Part shown: positions 38,916-48,431 of the stretch, piece by piece | Numbering within the stretch: the first letter of the stretch is position 1 | How the letters are laid out: each line of letters starts with the position of its first letter | Virus record (IMG/VR): IMGVR_UViG_3300005613_000015 | Coordinates: 37,675 to 101,674 of that record | From: a virus | Reading direction: 5' to 3' (one strand) | Length of the DNA: 64,000 nt | The notes under the pieces: generated by a model | The model's input: the letters and a program-made list of their open reading frames with translations, nothing else | The model's database searches: none | Told to the model about the DNA's origin: nothing | Position numbers and translations under genes: made by a program

Positions 38916-39683
38916 ATGGTAAGAAACCGAAACAAACTTAGTGCAACGCGAAGCCAAATCCAAAAAGCGCAAGGAGGCGGCGGCGGCAACGACGACTTCC
39001 TCAAAAAGTTCTTTATGATGGATGAGGGTACTTCGATTATTCGAGTTCTGCCCGAACCCGAGGGCTCGGAGGAGGAGTTCTATTCCGAAACGGCAATTCA
39101 CCGCATCAACGAAAAGAACTATCATTGTCCGCGTGTGAAGGGGCATGACTGCCCTATGTGCGATTTGTATTACCGTCTGTGGAAGATTGAAGGTCCGATG
39201 GCTGATGAAGCCCGAGACCTTGCTCGTCAAATCAAGCCACGCAAACGGTACTACATGAATGTTGTTGACCGACGAGACGAAAGCGTGAAGATTCTTTCGA
39301 CGGGCATGAAGCTCTTTGGTAAGATTCTTGATTGCTTCTTCGATGAGGACTATGGCGATATCACTAACCTTGAAGAAGGTTGGGACTTCAAGGTAGTTAA
39401 AGATACTCAAGGACAATGGCCGAACTATGATAAGTCGGCTCCGAAACCCAAGCCCTCGGCTGCTGGCTCTGGTAAGCAGATTGCGGAGTGGATGGATGAG
39501 CTGCACGATATTCACGGTCTTGTAAAACTTCCTGAGTATGACGAACTCAAGAAGCTGGCTATGGAATTGGAGGGTACCGTTCTCGGTCGCCCGACTGGAA
39601 ACACTTCCGACAGTTCTTCTGATGATGATGATGGTGATGATGATAGTTATATCGCCCACCTTAAGAATCTGAAAGCTGATTAA
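38916..39683 (+). CDS. gp32: Single-stranded DNA-binding protein (gp32-like)
   Basis: Motifs IIRVLP, H...CP....CPMC, RYYMNVV, EGWDFKV and WPNYDKS, with an acidic C-terminal tail. Confidence 0.85.
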   Translation: MVRNRNKLSATRSQIQKAQGGGGGNDDFLKKFFMMDEGTSIIRVLPEPEGSEEEFYSETAIHRINEKNYHCPRVKGHDCPMCDLYYRLWKIEGPMADEARDLARQIKPRKRYYMNVVDRRDESVKILSTGMKLFGKILDCFFDEDYGDITNLEEGWDFKVVKDTQGQWPNYDKSAPKPKPSAAGSGKQIAEWMDELHDIHGLVKLPEYDELKKLAMELEGTVLGRPTGNTSDSSSDDDDGDDDSYIAHLKNLKAD

Positions 39684-39705
39684 TTTATAAAAAGCGTAAA
39701 TAATT

Positions 39706-39746
39706 GAGGTGCTATGTCTTTAATGATATAGCACCTCTTATTTTTT
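39706..39746 (+). terminator. Rho-independent terminator
   Basis: Stem GAGGTGCTATGTC/GATATAGCACCTC followed by TTATTTTTT. Confidence 0.8.
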
Positions 39747-40967
39747 ATGACTAAGAAACTGAAGATACTGGCTTGTCCCGCAAACGAGGGAGGGTGTGCA
39801 TATTATCGTATTATCCTGCCCGCAAACAAACTTATAGAACACCACTCTGATGAGGTCGAGGTTCGTATAGACATGAACCCTTTAGGTTGGGACCTAGAAG
39901 AGATGCAGCGGCAGGGTAAGAAAGGTATTACGCACAAAGACTATACTGGAGAAAACTTGGAATGGGCTGATGTCGTGTGGACCCAGAACATCCATAACTT
40001 TGGAGGTGAGTATACTTTTGAGTTGATGAGGAAAGCGGCAGAAATGAACAAGCTTACTCACTACGATAATGATGATTTACTGACTGACCTATACGAAGGG
40101 CATCGCCTATTTGATGCGTATAAACAAAACAGACTAGAAGAATGTGCGAAAGCAGTCTACTCTTTCGTTGATATTGTTTCTGTAACTCAGAGAAAGTTTG
40201 CCGAGAGAATTTCACCGTATGTTGGCCGCGCTCTCGTCATTATTAAAAACTCTATTGATTACAATCTACCCTGCTGGAATCAACCTAAACTCCCTGCCCC
40301 GAGAAAAGGAAAAACATGTCGCGTAGGGTGGGTTGGAGGCATTCACCACGAAGAGGATGTAAAGGAGTTCCCAGGCGTTGCGATGGCTGTAAACGCCCGT
40401 GTAGGTCCAGAGAACGTTCATTGGGGCTGGTACGGAAGACCTCCGATGCCAATGGAAAATGGAAAGCCGAACCCTGACTGGCAGCAAGAGGTTTGGGATA
40501 ACTACACCAAACACTTATCAAGGGGTATTCGTCACAAGAATTTTCAGGTATATCAGGCACTTCCCGCAGAGCACTACGGAAGCATGTATACGAATATTGA
40601 TGTCGCAATAGCACCCCTACAGTTTAATAATTTTAATGATAGTAAATCTGAGATTAAAGTTGCTGAGTGTGGAAGATACGGCGTTCCCTTAATTGCAACA
40701 AATTGTGGGTGCTACGACGAGACAATCATTAACGGAGTTACAGGCTATTTAATTGACCCTTCAAATCCGAAGAATGACTGGCGTGATAAACTTTCGAAAG
40801 TAATCAAGGATAAGAAGCACCGAGAAGAGATGGGTCAGAATCTAAAAGAGATTACAGACAAGCATTTCGATATCAATAAAAATGTTCACGGTCGTATTGA
40901 ATTGTATTATGAGATTCTAAAAGTTAAGGGGGAGGTCCAGAAGAGAAATGAAGAAACTACAGTATGA
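39747..40967 (+). CDS. Glycosyltransferase, GT-B/GT4-like
   Basis: Motifs GGCAYYRI..P, YDNDD, RVGWVGG..H..D, DVAIAPL....FN..KSEIK..E and G.PLIA....Y...I..GVTGYL. Confidence 0.85.
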   Translation: MTKKLKILACPANEGGCAYYRIILPANKLIEHHSDEVEVRIDMNPLGWDLEEMQRQGKKGITHKDYTGENLEWADVVWTQNIHNFGGEYTFELMRKAAEMNKLTHYDNDDLLTDLYEGHRLFDAYKQNRLEECAKAVYSFVDIVSVTQRKFAERISPYVGRALVIIKNSIDYNLPCWNQPKLPAPRKGKTCRVGWVGGIHHEEDVKEFPGVAMAVNARVGPENVHWGWYGRPPMPMENGKPNPDWQQEVWDNYTKHLSRGIRHKNFQVYQALPAEHYGSMYTNIDVAIAPLQFNNFNDSKSEIKVAECGRYGVPLIATNCGCYDETIINGVTGYLIDPSNPKNDWRDKLSKVIKDKKHREEMGQNLKEITDKHFDINKNVHGRIELYYEILKVKGEVQKRNEETTV

Positions 40968-41583
40968 TACCGCACGATTACCTTTTAAAGAGGCTGTGCA
41001 AAAAGCTTTAGATGTTGATTATCCCTTAGAAGATTTACATAAGTTCTTTTCTTGGGAGCTTAAGAATAGAGAAACAGACCAATTCACACCTTTACACAAA
41101 CAGTATTACGATAACTTTGAATTGGTAGTTGCGCCTTTATGGGAGCGGTTTGTCTCAGAGGTGATTGCTCCTAAAATGCAAGGCGATTTTCTGTACCAGA
41201 AGATTCCAACCTTTAGAGTTCAGCTTCCGAATAACGTAGCCGTTGGTGAATTTCATAAAGATTCTAAATACGGACATCAAGACGGGGCTGTAAATTTGTA
41301 TATTCCTGTTACTGAGTTAAACAAATATAATACTATTCAAGTAGAGACGAAGGAGGGTAGTAATGAATATACCCCCATGATTTGTAGGTATGGTGAATTT
41401 TTTGAATGGGATGGTATTACTAGGAATCATGGAAATCTGGTAAATGAAAGCAATATTACTCGCGTAAGTATTGATGCTAGGATTGTTTTAGTAAGCGTGG
41501 CAAGAGAAATGCCTCCTGCAAAGTCTATTAACATGAACACCCCCCTTGTAGAAGGAGGGTACTATAAGAGGTTTGTTAGATAA
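40948..41583 (+). CDS. Fe(II)/2-oxoglutarate oxygenase-like protein (StrG-like)
   Basis: YQKIPTFRV, HxD (FHKD), distal H (NHGN) and TRVSIDAR. Confidence 0.7.
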   Translation: MKKLQYDTARLPFKEAVQKALDVDYPLEDLHKFFSWELKNRETDQFTPLHKQYYDNFELVVAPLWERFVSEVIAPKMQGDFLYQKIPTFRVQLPNNVAVGEFHKDSKYGHQDGAVNLYIPVTELNKYNTIQVETKEGSNEYTPMICRYGEFFEWDGITRNHGNLVNESNITRVSIDARIVLVSVAREMPPAKSINMNTPLVEGGYYKRFVR

Positions 41584-41659
41584 TAACTAAAGTAATAGCG
41601 AAGTGGCCGGATACGCCTTCAGCTTGAACTGTATCATGAAAACATTAAAATTAAATCGA

Positions 41660-43966
41660 ATGTCAAACGAGAACACCAGCCCGCAGCCCTATAAGTTGGT
41701 TTATGGCGTACCTAAAGTAACTTGCCTTTGCGCGACTAAAGGTAGATATCAGCTACTTCGCTCTGCGGTGTCTTACTTTATGTTGCAAGACTACCCGAAC
41801 AAAGAGCTTATTATTTTTAACAATCATGAAGTTGATATAGAGCTATCAGACTTTGTTAAAAACCAAGGCAATATTCATCTTGTAAATGCGGGCGAGTTTA
41901 GTTCGATTTCCGATGTGTATAATACAGCATATACTTATGTGGATAGTTTTGGAGGGCAATCCTCTGAGTTTATTGCCATATGGGATGATGATGATATTTA
42001 TTTCCCGTGGCATTTATCGATAGCAGTAAGGCATTTATCTAAAAGTACTACGCATACACACTGTGGTCCTCAAGAGCAGTTGCAAATTAATCACGGTGAA
42101 GATTGTTTTCCAAAACTAGGAGCTATTAGAAGTAGCTGTGAGGGGAGGCTACTGGTTAGAAAATGTCATTTAGATACCTACGGATTTGGTCCCGACACGG
42201 AGGACCCTGCCGCACAACAACATCCACATCCAGCATGGCTGTGGAAAGGTTCTATATTAGAATATCCCTGGCAAGAGAACAGTTTCGTGTATTTTTGGGG
42301 CGATGAGAATAGGGTAAAACCCTACCCGCATTTACAATGCGGTGACGGGAAAGCATGTACGGATACTGGAGGAGGTAAACCGCTATACCCAGGACCCACT
42401 TATTACAAGTTTATTCAAGATAACTTATATTTAAAGAAACATGATGAGGAATACACAGAACAAGAAAAGAAAGAGGTAGTAGATAGACTTAACTCTTACG
42501 ACTGGCAGTTCTTCGAAGAGCGGAAGCTATTCACTTTTTGGGAAGGTGAAAAACCCTACTTCATCGAAAAATGCTTAGAGTCTATGAAGAAAAACTCTAA
42601 TTGTGTTTTTGAAATTTGGGATTCAGACAAGCTAAAGAAAGCTTTTGATATTCCTGCGGAGTACGATAGCCTCACTGTAGAATCTAAGTCGGATTATGTA
42701 AGGCAACGTGTGCTGGCCGAGCAGGGAGGTTTGTGGTTGGATGCTGATACTATTGTTATCTCAGATATGTACGAACCTATTCTCAAATATACTTGGGAAT
42801 ACGACCAAGTAACTCCTTGTGAAAGTAACCATCATCGCGGTGTTATATGTGGTGCCATGGCTTGTAGACCAAAATCACAAGTATTTCAAAGAGTTATGAA
42901 ATCTGTGAATGCTGTGATGCCTTTAAATCTTGGGTGGGCTGATTTAATAAACACGCCTGTAAAAAATACAATTAGAGAATATACATCTAGGAACATGGTT
43001 AAATATGTTGATGAGTCTGTAATGTCTCTTAAACTAGTTCAAAACCCTAAAGGAGGTTTTGGAGAACTTTACTGCTCTCCTACCATGTCCATTTCTGATA
43101 TTGTAATGGATAATACAGCAGGTATTGTTCTGTACGGCTCAAACATCAGGGGAAAGGAAAAACACAGGATGCCGGATGATTACTTGTTGCAGCGATTGAT
43201 TGATAAGTACCTAGATAGTCCTGACGTACAGCAAGTAACTGATAAAATGAATGAACTTAATACGATTAGCGAAGGTGCTTTAGTGGATATTGTTAAGGAG
43301 TCGATTAGCGATTCGATGAGGCATATGTCTAAATTAAGTCCCGATGGAATGTTGCCGAATGGGTGTCCTCAAGGTATGACCTCCCCTAAAATTAGACATC
43401 TTGTTAATTCCCTACTCTCACGAATGCCAAACAATACAAACTACCTAGAGATTGGCACCTGGCAAGGGGGTGTCCTTATCCCAGGTCTTTACGGTAATGA
43501 CCATATTAACGTTTCTGTTATTGATATTTTTACAGACCCCAATGCTCGTAATTATGGAAGTGCGGGATTGGATGGCTGGGAGCATCATACGTCTACGAAA
43601 GAAGCTTTTTTTAGGAATTTGGATGTATATCTTCCTGGTAGAGAATCATTAGAGGTTTATGTTAACGATTGTTTCGAAGATAATATCTTGCCTAACAACC
43701 GCACTTATAAAGTTTACTTTTTTGATGGACCCCACGACAAGGAATCTCAAAAGAAAGCCTTAGTGCAATACGCTGAGTATATGGATGATGTGTTTGTTTA
43801 CCTCGTTGATGATTTTTTGGAGGCTTCCGTACAAGAAGGCACGGAAGAGGGCATAGCTGCTTGTAATCTTGAGGTTCTGTATAAACAGGAGCTATTTTCT
43901 AGGTGGAATGGCGATACTGAAAATTATTGGAATGGGTTTGGAGTATTTGTCTTAAAAAGACTATAA
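41660..43966 (+). CDS. Tri-domain fusion: GT2-like glycosyltransferase + GT32/DXD glycosyltransferase + class I SAM methyltransferase
   Basis: GT2 motifs KVTCLCATKGR...QDYPNKELII...WDDDDIY. DXD family motifs FTFWEG...SDYVR..VL...GGLWLDAD. MTase motifs YLEIGTWQGG...FFDGPH...VDD. The start is uncertain (41603, 41636 or 41660). Confidence 0.8.
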   Translation: MSNENTSPQPYKLVYGVPKVTCLCATKGRYQLLRSAVSYFMLQDYPNKELIIFNNHEVDIELSDFVKNQGNIHLVNAGEFSSISDVYNTAYTYVDSFGGQSSEFIAIWDDDDIYFPWHLSIAVRHLSKSTTHTHCGPQEQLQINHGEDCFPKLGAIRSSCEGRLLVRKCHLDTYGFGPDTEDPAAQQHPHPAWLWKGSILEYPWQENSFVYFWGDENRVKPYPHLQCGDGKACTDTGGGKPLYPGPTYYKFIQDNLYLKKHDEEYTEQEKKEVVDRLNSYDWQFFEERKLFTFWEGEKPYFIEKCLESMKKNSNCVFEIWDSDKLKKAFDIPAEYDSLTVESKSDYVRQRVLAEQGGLWLDADTIVISDMYEPILKYTWEYDQVTPCESNHHRGVICGAMACRPKSQVFQRVMKSVNAVMPLNLGWADLINTPVKNTIREYTSRNMVKYVDESVMSLKLVQNPKGGFGELYCSPTMSISDIVMDNTAGIVLYGSNIRGKEKHRMPDDYLLQRLIDKYLDSPDVQQVTDKMNELNTISEGALVDIVKESISDSMRHMSKLSPDGMLPNGCPQGMTSPKIRHLVNSLLSRMPNNTNYLEIGTWQGGVLIPGLYGNDHINVSVIDIFTDPNARNYGSAGLDGWEHHTSTKEAFFRNLDVYLPGRESLEVYVNDCFEDNILPNNRTYKVYFFDGPHDKESQKKALVQYAEYMDDVFVYLVDDFLEASVQEGTEEGIAACNLEVLYKQELFSRWNGDTENYWNGFGVFVLKRL

Positions 43967-43972
43967 TAGGGC

Positions 43973-44941
43973 ATGAGCTTCCTAGATGACATCTGCAAGC
44001 GCCTCGAAGGTGCAGCCCTCCTTTCCGAAGAAGACCAGATTCATGGATTCGTAGATTCAGGTTCCTATGCCTTGAACAAAGTCCTTTCTGGTCGCTACGA
44101 TGGTGGATATCCTATCGGTTCCATCACCGAAATATTCGGAGAGAGCAGCACGGCGAAGACTGTCTTTCTTACACACGCCTTCGTAGGCGCACAAAAGAAA
44201 GGCTACTACACCTTGATGATTGATAATGAACACGCTTACTCTCCTACGTTCGCTAGAACTCTAGGAGTTGACCCAGAAAGATTAATCTATTTAATGCCAG
44301 AGTCTATGGAAGAGTGCTTTCTGGCAATCGAAAATGCTATCCTAGCTATCCGTGAAAAAGACAAAGAAACCCCAATTATTATTGGTTACGACTCCATTGG
44401 TGTATCCCCGACCAAGAAAGAGATGGAGGACGATTTCGGCAAGAACTCAGAAATGGCAGGAGCCCTTCGCGCAAAGGTTGCTGGCCAATGTCTCCGCAGG
44501 ATTAACCCGCTTCTACGCAAACACAAAGCGGCGCTGCTTATCATTAATCAGGTTCGTAGTAAAGTCGGCGTAATGTTTGGCGACCCTCGTACAAAAGCAG
44601 GGGGCGGAAAGGCTCTTCTATACTACTGTGGAGTCTCAATCGAAACCTCTTCAAATAAGAGTGATGTTTTATACGATGATGTAAAGAACCCTCTTGGTAT
44701 TAAAGGCAACATCAAGTGCGTCAAGAATAAAGTTACGGTTCCCTACCAAGACTGCGAGTTTAAATTGCTGTACGATAAAGGTTTAGAGAAAGACTACGGG
44801 CTTACTACATATGCCTATAAGAAAGGCCAGGTAACTTGTCCTGCAAAAGGGTGGTACTCTCTTGATGGGGAATCAAAGCACCGCGCTATTGACCTGAACG
44901 CTCTTATTGCTGAAAAGATTGTGTCTGGAGAGCTAGAGTAA
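43973..44941 (+). CDS. uvsX: RecA/UvsX recombinase
   Basis: Motifs DSGSYALN, GG.P.G.ITEIFGESSTAKT, IDNEHA, INQVR.KVGVMFGDP, GGKAL and KNKV..PY. Confidence 0.95.
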   Translation: MSFLDDICKRLEGAALLSEEDQIHGFVDSGSYALNKVLSGRYDGGYPIGSITEIFGESSTAKTVFLTHAFVGAQKKGYYTLMIDNEHAYSPTFARTLGVDPERLIYLMPESMEECFLAIENAILAIREKDKETPIIIGYDSIGVSPTKKEMEDDFGKNSEMAGALRAKVAGQCLRRINPLLRKHKAALLIINQVRSKVGVMFGDPRTKAGGGKALLYYCGVSIETSSNKSDVLYDDVKNPLGIKGNIKCVKNKVTVPYQDCEFKLLYDKGLEKDYGLTTYAYKKGQVTCPAKGWYSLDGESKHRAIDLNALIAEKIVSGELE

Positions 44942-45210
44942 TGTTGTATGAGATAATAGGAATTGTGATAGCAGTTGTAGGGCTTAGTATTACCTTTCTG
45001 TCTGCAATCCTATTACCGTTTGCTTTTATACGGTGTATCTTCTCGCTTTTCTCCGCAGGAGAAGCGATTGAGGATTACTTTGACGAGGTTGATGGTGTGA
45101 AACCAGAGAAACCAGAGAAACCCAAGAAAAAATCTTCCAAGCAATCGTCCAAACCCGTTATTGATGCTTATGACGAGAAATTTAAACTACCAGCGAATCC
45201 GTTCGCGTAA
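44941..45210 (+). CDS. Small membrane protein
   Basis: N-terminal hydrophobic helix. Confidence 0.55.
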   Translation: MLYEIIGIVIAVVGLSITFLSAILLPFAFIRCIFSLFSAGEAIEDYFDEVDGVKPEKPEKPKKKSSKQSSKPVIDAYDEKFKLPANPFA

Positions 45211-45235
45211 CTAAATACTGTAAGAGGTAATACTT

Positions 45236-45655
45236 ATGGTAAATTTATTCAACGGTTGGAACCTTAATCTGGACGAAAAGAAGAAAACGGGCTTTAAAGA
45301 GACTGACAAAGAGGGTAAGAAAGCTGAGTTCGACCCACGTAAGACTCGAATCCCGTCCTTCGATAAGATTGCAGATGCTCTTAGTAAGGCAAGTTATGGG
45401 CAAATCTTTACTACTCCACAGTCCAATAACATTTATGTAATCACTCGCGGTACATGGGGTGAGAAGTCCAAAGATAAGGTTGTTAAAAGTTTCCCCGCAG
45501 GAACCCCCTACCAGGAAATCAAAGCCTACTCTGAGCGTACAAAAGCGAAGCACGGGGGCAAGGCTGTGAAGAAAGGTGAGGCAGGTCGTGAGGAAGCTGG
45601 ATACGCCACTAAAAAGAACAAAGACCGTGTAAAGAACTTCAAACCTGTAAACTGA
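45236..45655 (+). CDS. Basic hypothetical protein, possibly an internal head protein
   Basis: CTAAATA and SD GAGGT upstream. Contains NLDE-KKK and is K-rich. Confidence 0.5.
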   Translation: MVNLFNGWNLNLDEKKKTGFKETDKEGKKAEFDPRKTRIPSFDKIADALSKASYGQIFTTPQSNNIYVITRGTWGEKSKDKVVKSFPAGTPYQEIKAYSERTKAKHGGKAVKKGEAGREEAGYATKKNKDRVKNFKPVN

Positions 45656-45656
45656 T

Positions 45657-45989
45657 ATGGTTAGAAACTATGTGCCCAAAAAAAGTTTCTTCGAGCCGTC
45701 TCGAATTCATAAACTTGCAAAGGATGTTCTGTCCGATTGCAAGGATGACCGCGAGCGTGCGTTAGAAACTTTTACTTACTTTAAAGACTTGGTTTCGTCT
45801 AATCCAGAGGACGACAAAGCCAAGGCTGAAATGATTCATGCTCTAGGACTTTCACAAGATGCGAATGATAAGATTGTGAAAGTTCTGGACATGATGATTA
45901 AAATGACGCAGGCTGAGAAAAAAATCGCTGCGGATAAAACTCCTAAAACCGAATCGTTGTCCTTTGAAGATTTAAGAAAGAATGGCTGA
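45657..45989 (+). CDS. Hypothetical protein
   Basis: Helical 110 aa ORF overlapping the Clp-like ATPase gene. Confidence 0.55.
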   Translation: MVRNYVPKKSFFEPSRIHKLAKDVLSDCKDDRERALETFTYFKDLVSSNPEDDKAKAEMIHALGLSQDANDKIVKVLDMMIKMTQAEKKIAADKTPKTESLSFEDLRKNG

Positions 45990-47205
45990 ATCAGATGTGT
46001 ATGTCGTATACAACCCTCATATTGATGAGTTTGTAAGGATTAAGAAGTTTTCCGAAGATGAAGTATTAGAACTCATTAAGAAGTTCGGTACAATCATCAA
46101 TCAACCGAATGCCAAGATTACAGAGTATGTAAAAACTGTACTGGCTTCTACTATTTGTGATTACTGCGCTTCGAAAGCCTCAAAATCCTTAGAGTCCCTG
46201 TTTGAGTGCGTTGTCGAGGTTTATCCCATCTTTCAAATTGATTTCGTTTGCAAGGCACTTAATGACCTGTCGGACGATGAATCAGAAAACAACGAGAAAG
46301 TATCTATTACCCGCTCTCTCGACCAGATTGAGAAGCTAACAGTCAAGCTGAAATCAAAGCTAGTAGGACAGCCTACCGCAGTTGACGAATGTATCAAATC
46401 TATCAAGCTAATGAGTTCTGGGCTTGGTAAGTTTGTATCTATGTTCTTCGTTGGTCCTACTGGTGTAGGTAAGACTGAGCTTGCACGCCTTCTTGCCTCT
46501 GAGCATCTAGGAAACTCTAAGAAGCTGCTTAAGATTAACTGTGGAGAATACTCTACAGGACATGAGTACGCTAAACTAATTGGCTCTCCTCCAGGTTATG
46601 TTGGCCACAACGAGAAAGGCATTCTGTCTGAGAAGGCAGAGGAGTCTTCTGAGTGGGTAATTCTTTTTGATGAAATCGAGAAGGCTCACCCTAAGCTAAT
46701 GAACCTTCTTCTTGGTTTTCTTGATGATGGAAAGATTACAGATAGCCGTGGAACAGAGCTAGATTTTAGCGACTCTATAATCTGCTTCACAAGTAACATT
46801 GGCATTAAGAACAATGTAGGGAAGAGACTTGTAGGATTCGGTAAAAGCGTTCAAACATACGAAGGAGCCAAGGAAAACATTGAGAAGGATTTCAAGAATC
46901 ACTTTAGCCCAGAATTCATCAACCGTTTAGATAGTGTAATCTACTTCAACCAGCTTACCAAAGAAGATGCGGCTGAAATTACAAAAATTCAGCTAAAAAA
47001 ATTACCAATTAAAATTACCAAGCGTCTTGTTGATTTTGTTGTCGAGGGTGCGTTTTCTCCTGAATATGGAGCGCGTAACATTAAACGATTTATTCGCAAC
47101 AATATAACCATTTGTTTGGCAGATACGATTCTTAAGGATGGTAGAAAAGAACTGTATAAATGCAGCTTCAAAGATAATGCTTTGTGCGTATCTGCTATTG
47201 AATAA
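45982..47205 (+). CDS. ClpA/ClpB-like AAA+ ATPase (second AAA module only)
   Basis: Motifs LVGQP.AV, GPTGVGKTELA, KLIGSPPGYVG, LFDEIEKAH, FTSNIG, FSPEFINRLD and YGARNIKR. Confidence 0.9.
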   Translation: MAESDVYVVYNPHIDEFVRIKKFSEDEVLELIKKFGTIINQPNAKITEYVKTVLASTICDYCASKASKSLESLFECVVEVYPIFQIDFVCKALNDLSDDESENNEKVSITRSLDQIEKLTVKLKSKLVGQPTAVDECIKSIKLMSSGLGKFVSMFFVGPTGVGKTELARLLASEHLGNSKKLLKINCGEYSTGHEYAKLIGSPPGYVGHNEKGILSEKAEESSEWVILFDEIEKAHPKLMNLLLGFLDDGKITDSRGTELDFSDSIICFTSNIGIKNNVGKRLVGFGKSVQTYEGAKENIEKDFKNHFSPEFINRLDSVIYFNQLTKEDAAEITKIQLKKLPIKITKRLVDFVVEGAFSPEYGARNIKRFIRNNITICLADTILKDGRKELYKCSFKDNALCVSAIE

Positions 47206-47245
47206 ATCGTAGGGGTGTCTACCCACGTACACTATATAATGTATC

Positions 47246-47533
47246 ATGGATACTGCCCCTGACTCCACATTAACCACGCACATGGAACCTCAAAAAACTG
47301 CCTCTAGTTGGATTGGACATATTATTACTCTTTTGCTTGCAGGGACTGCTGGTGGGGTTGGATACGGCAGCGTTGAGTCTAGACTGGCTACTCTTGAAGC
47401 CCGTGTAAACACGATGGATAGTCAAGTAGTGCTAGAGCTTCGTGATATGAAACAGGATTTAGGCGACCTACGAGTGAACATCGCAGAGATGGGTCAGGAC
47501 ATCCGCTGGCTTAAGGAAAAATCTAGAAATTAG
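47246..47533 (+). CDS. Membrane-anchored coiled-coil protein (possible holin-like)
   Basis: One TM segment (IITLLLAGTAGGVGY) followed by a coiled coil. Confidence 0.45.
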   Translation: MDTAPDSTLTTHMEPQKTASSWIGHIITLLLAGTAGGVGYGSVESRLATLEARVNTMDSQVVLELRDMKQDLGDLRVNIAEMGQDIRWLKEKSRN

Positions 47534-47609
47534 CCTCAAATCTCGCCCGGGGTGACTATAACATAGTGTGGGCAAGGTCGCCCACCTAACCCTAACCAAG
47601 CGAGATAAT

Positions 47610-47882
47610 ATGAAGCAAGTTAATTTCCGTTACTCGAACGCGCAAAACGACCCGACCCCGAGTGTTCTGGTCACTACGCAGAACCAGCACATGATTCGCG
47701 GTTTCAACACCAACTATCTGACCAAGGGGCAAGCGACCCGAATTCAGAACGAATGGCGTAAGATTCAGAATCAGCGTTGGAGCACTTCTACGAAGGAGCG
47801 CGTTCTCATCAACCGCGTCGGCAGTCCTGCCCGAAACTCGTTCCGCATGTACCGAACTGAGGGCGTGCAGAACATCGACTGA
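47610..47882 (+). CDS. Small basic hypothetical protein
   Basis: Likely start is ATG 47610 after a hairpin leader. Followed by a strong terminator. Confidence 0.6.
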   Translation: MKQVNFRYSNAQNDPTPSVLVTTQNQHMIRGFNTNYLTKGQATRIQNEWRKIQNQRWSTSTKERVLINRVGSPARNSFRMYRTEGVQNID

Positions 47883-47921
47883 GCCTAAAATCCTGTTGTA
47901 ACCGCCCGAGGCGGTTGGGTG

Positions 47922-47958
47922 AGAGAGACTTCTTTCGAAGTCTCTCTTTTTTTTTTTT
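47922..47958 (+). terminator. Rho-independent terminator
   Basis: AGAGAGACTTC-TTTC-GAAGTCTCTCT followed by a long T run. Confidence 0.9.
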
Positions 47959-47999
47959 GTATAGGCTATTGTTCTAATAACAACCTATATAATTTTGTT

Positions 48000-48431
48000 A
48001 TGAGTAATCCTTTTACAGCCACAGGTAGCGCCGAGACGAGAGCCGAACAAGCAATAAATTCTTTTGTCCAGACCGTTTGTATTTCAAATGCTAGTACTGA
48101 TTTTCCTGGCACATGGACCGCTGGGTCGGACCATTTAGGATTAGGGGCTTCGGGAGTAACCGCGATAACTTGCCCTGAAGGAAAATCTATTATTTTGTTA
48201 GAAGTAATCGCATCTGTAACAAGCGTAGCTACCGCATCAACTCCCTTTGGGTTTACTTTAGCGGAGCAAGACTCAAGTGACGATATTATCCGTATGTCTG
48301 TTAATGGAGGTTCTACTGGTCGTTGGGAAGGTCCGGTAAAACTTACCAAAGAAAAGTCTTTAATATACTATAAAGGAACCTGTCAGAACACCGCAGTTGG
48401 AACTATTGTACTTTCATATTTAATAACATGA
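48000..48431 (+). CDS. Small beta-rich protein, possibly a virion component (paralog of the next gene)
   Basis: Likely start is ATG 48000. Shares spaced motifs with 48428..48934. Confidence 0.5.
   Translation: MSNPFTATGSAETRAEQAINSFVQTVCISNASTDFPGTWTAGSDHLGLGASGVTAITCPEGKSIILLEVIASVTSVATASTPFGFTLAEQDSSDDIIRMSVNGGSTGRWEGPVKLTKEKSLIYYKGTCQNTAVGTIVLSYLIT

Noticed and set aside
38901-39659. Long antisense ORFs (also 18346-18927, 19478-20104, 56012-56719, 57335-57955)
   Set aside because: They lie opposite well-supported genes, carry no motifs, and are expected from codon bias.
41584-41660. Possible riboswitch before the GT-methyltransferase fusion
   Set aside because: Only a weak GATAC/GTATC stem is present, it matches no aptamer I recognise, and the region may be coding.
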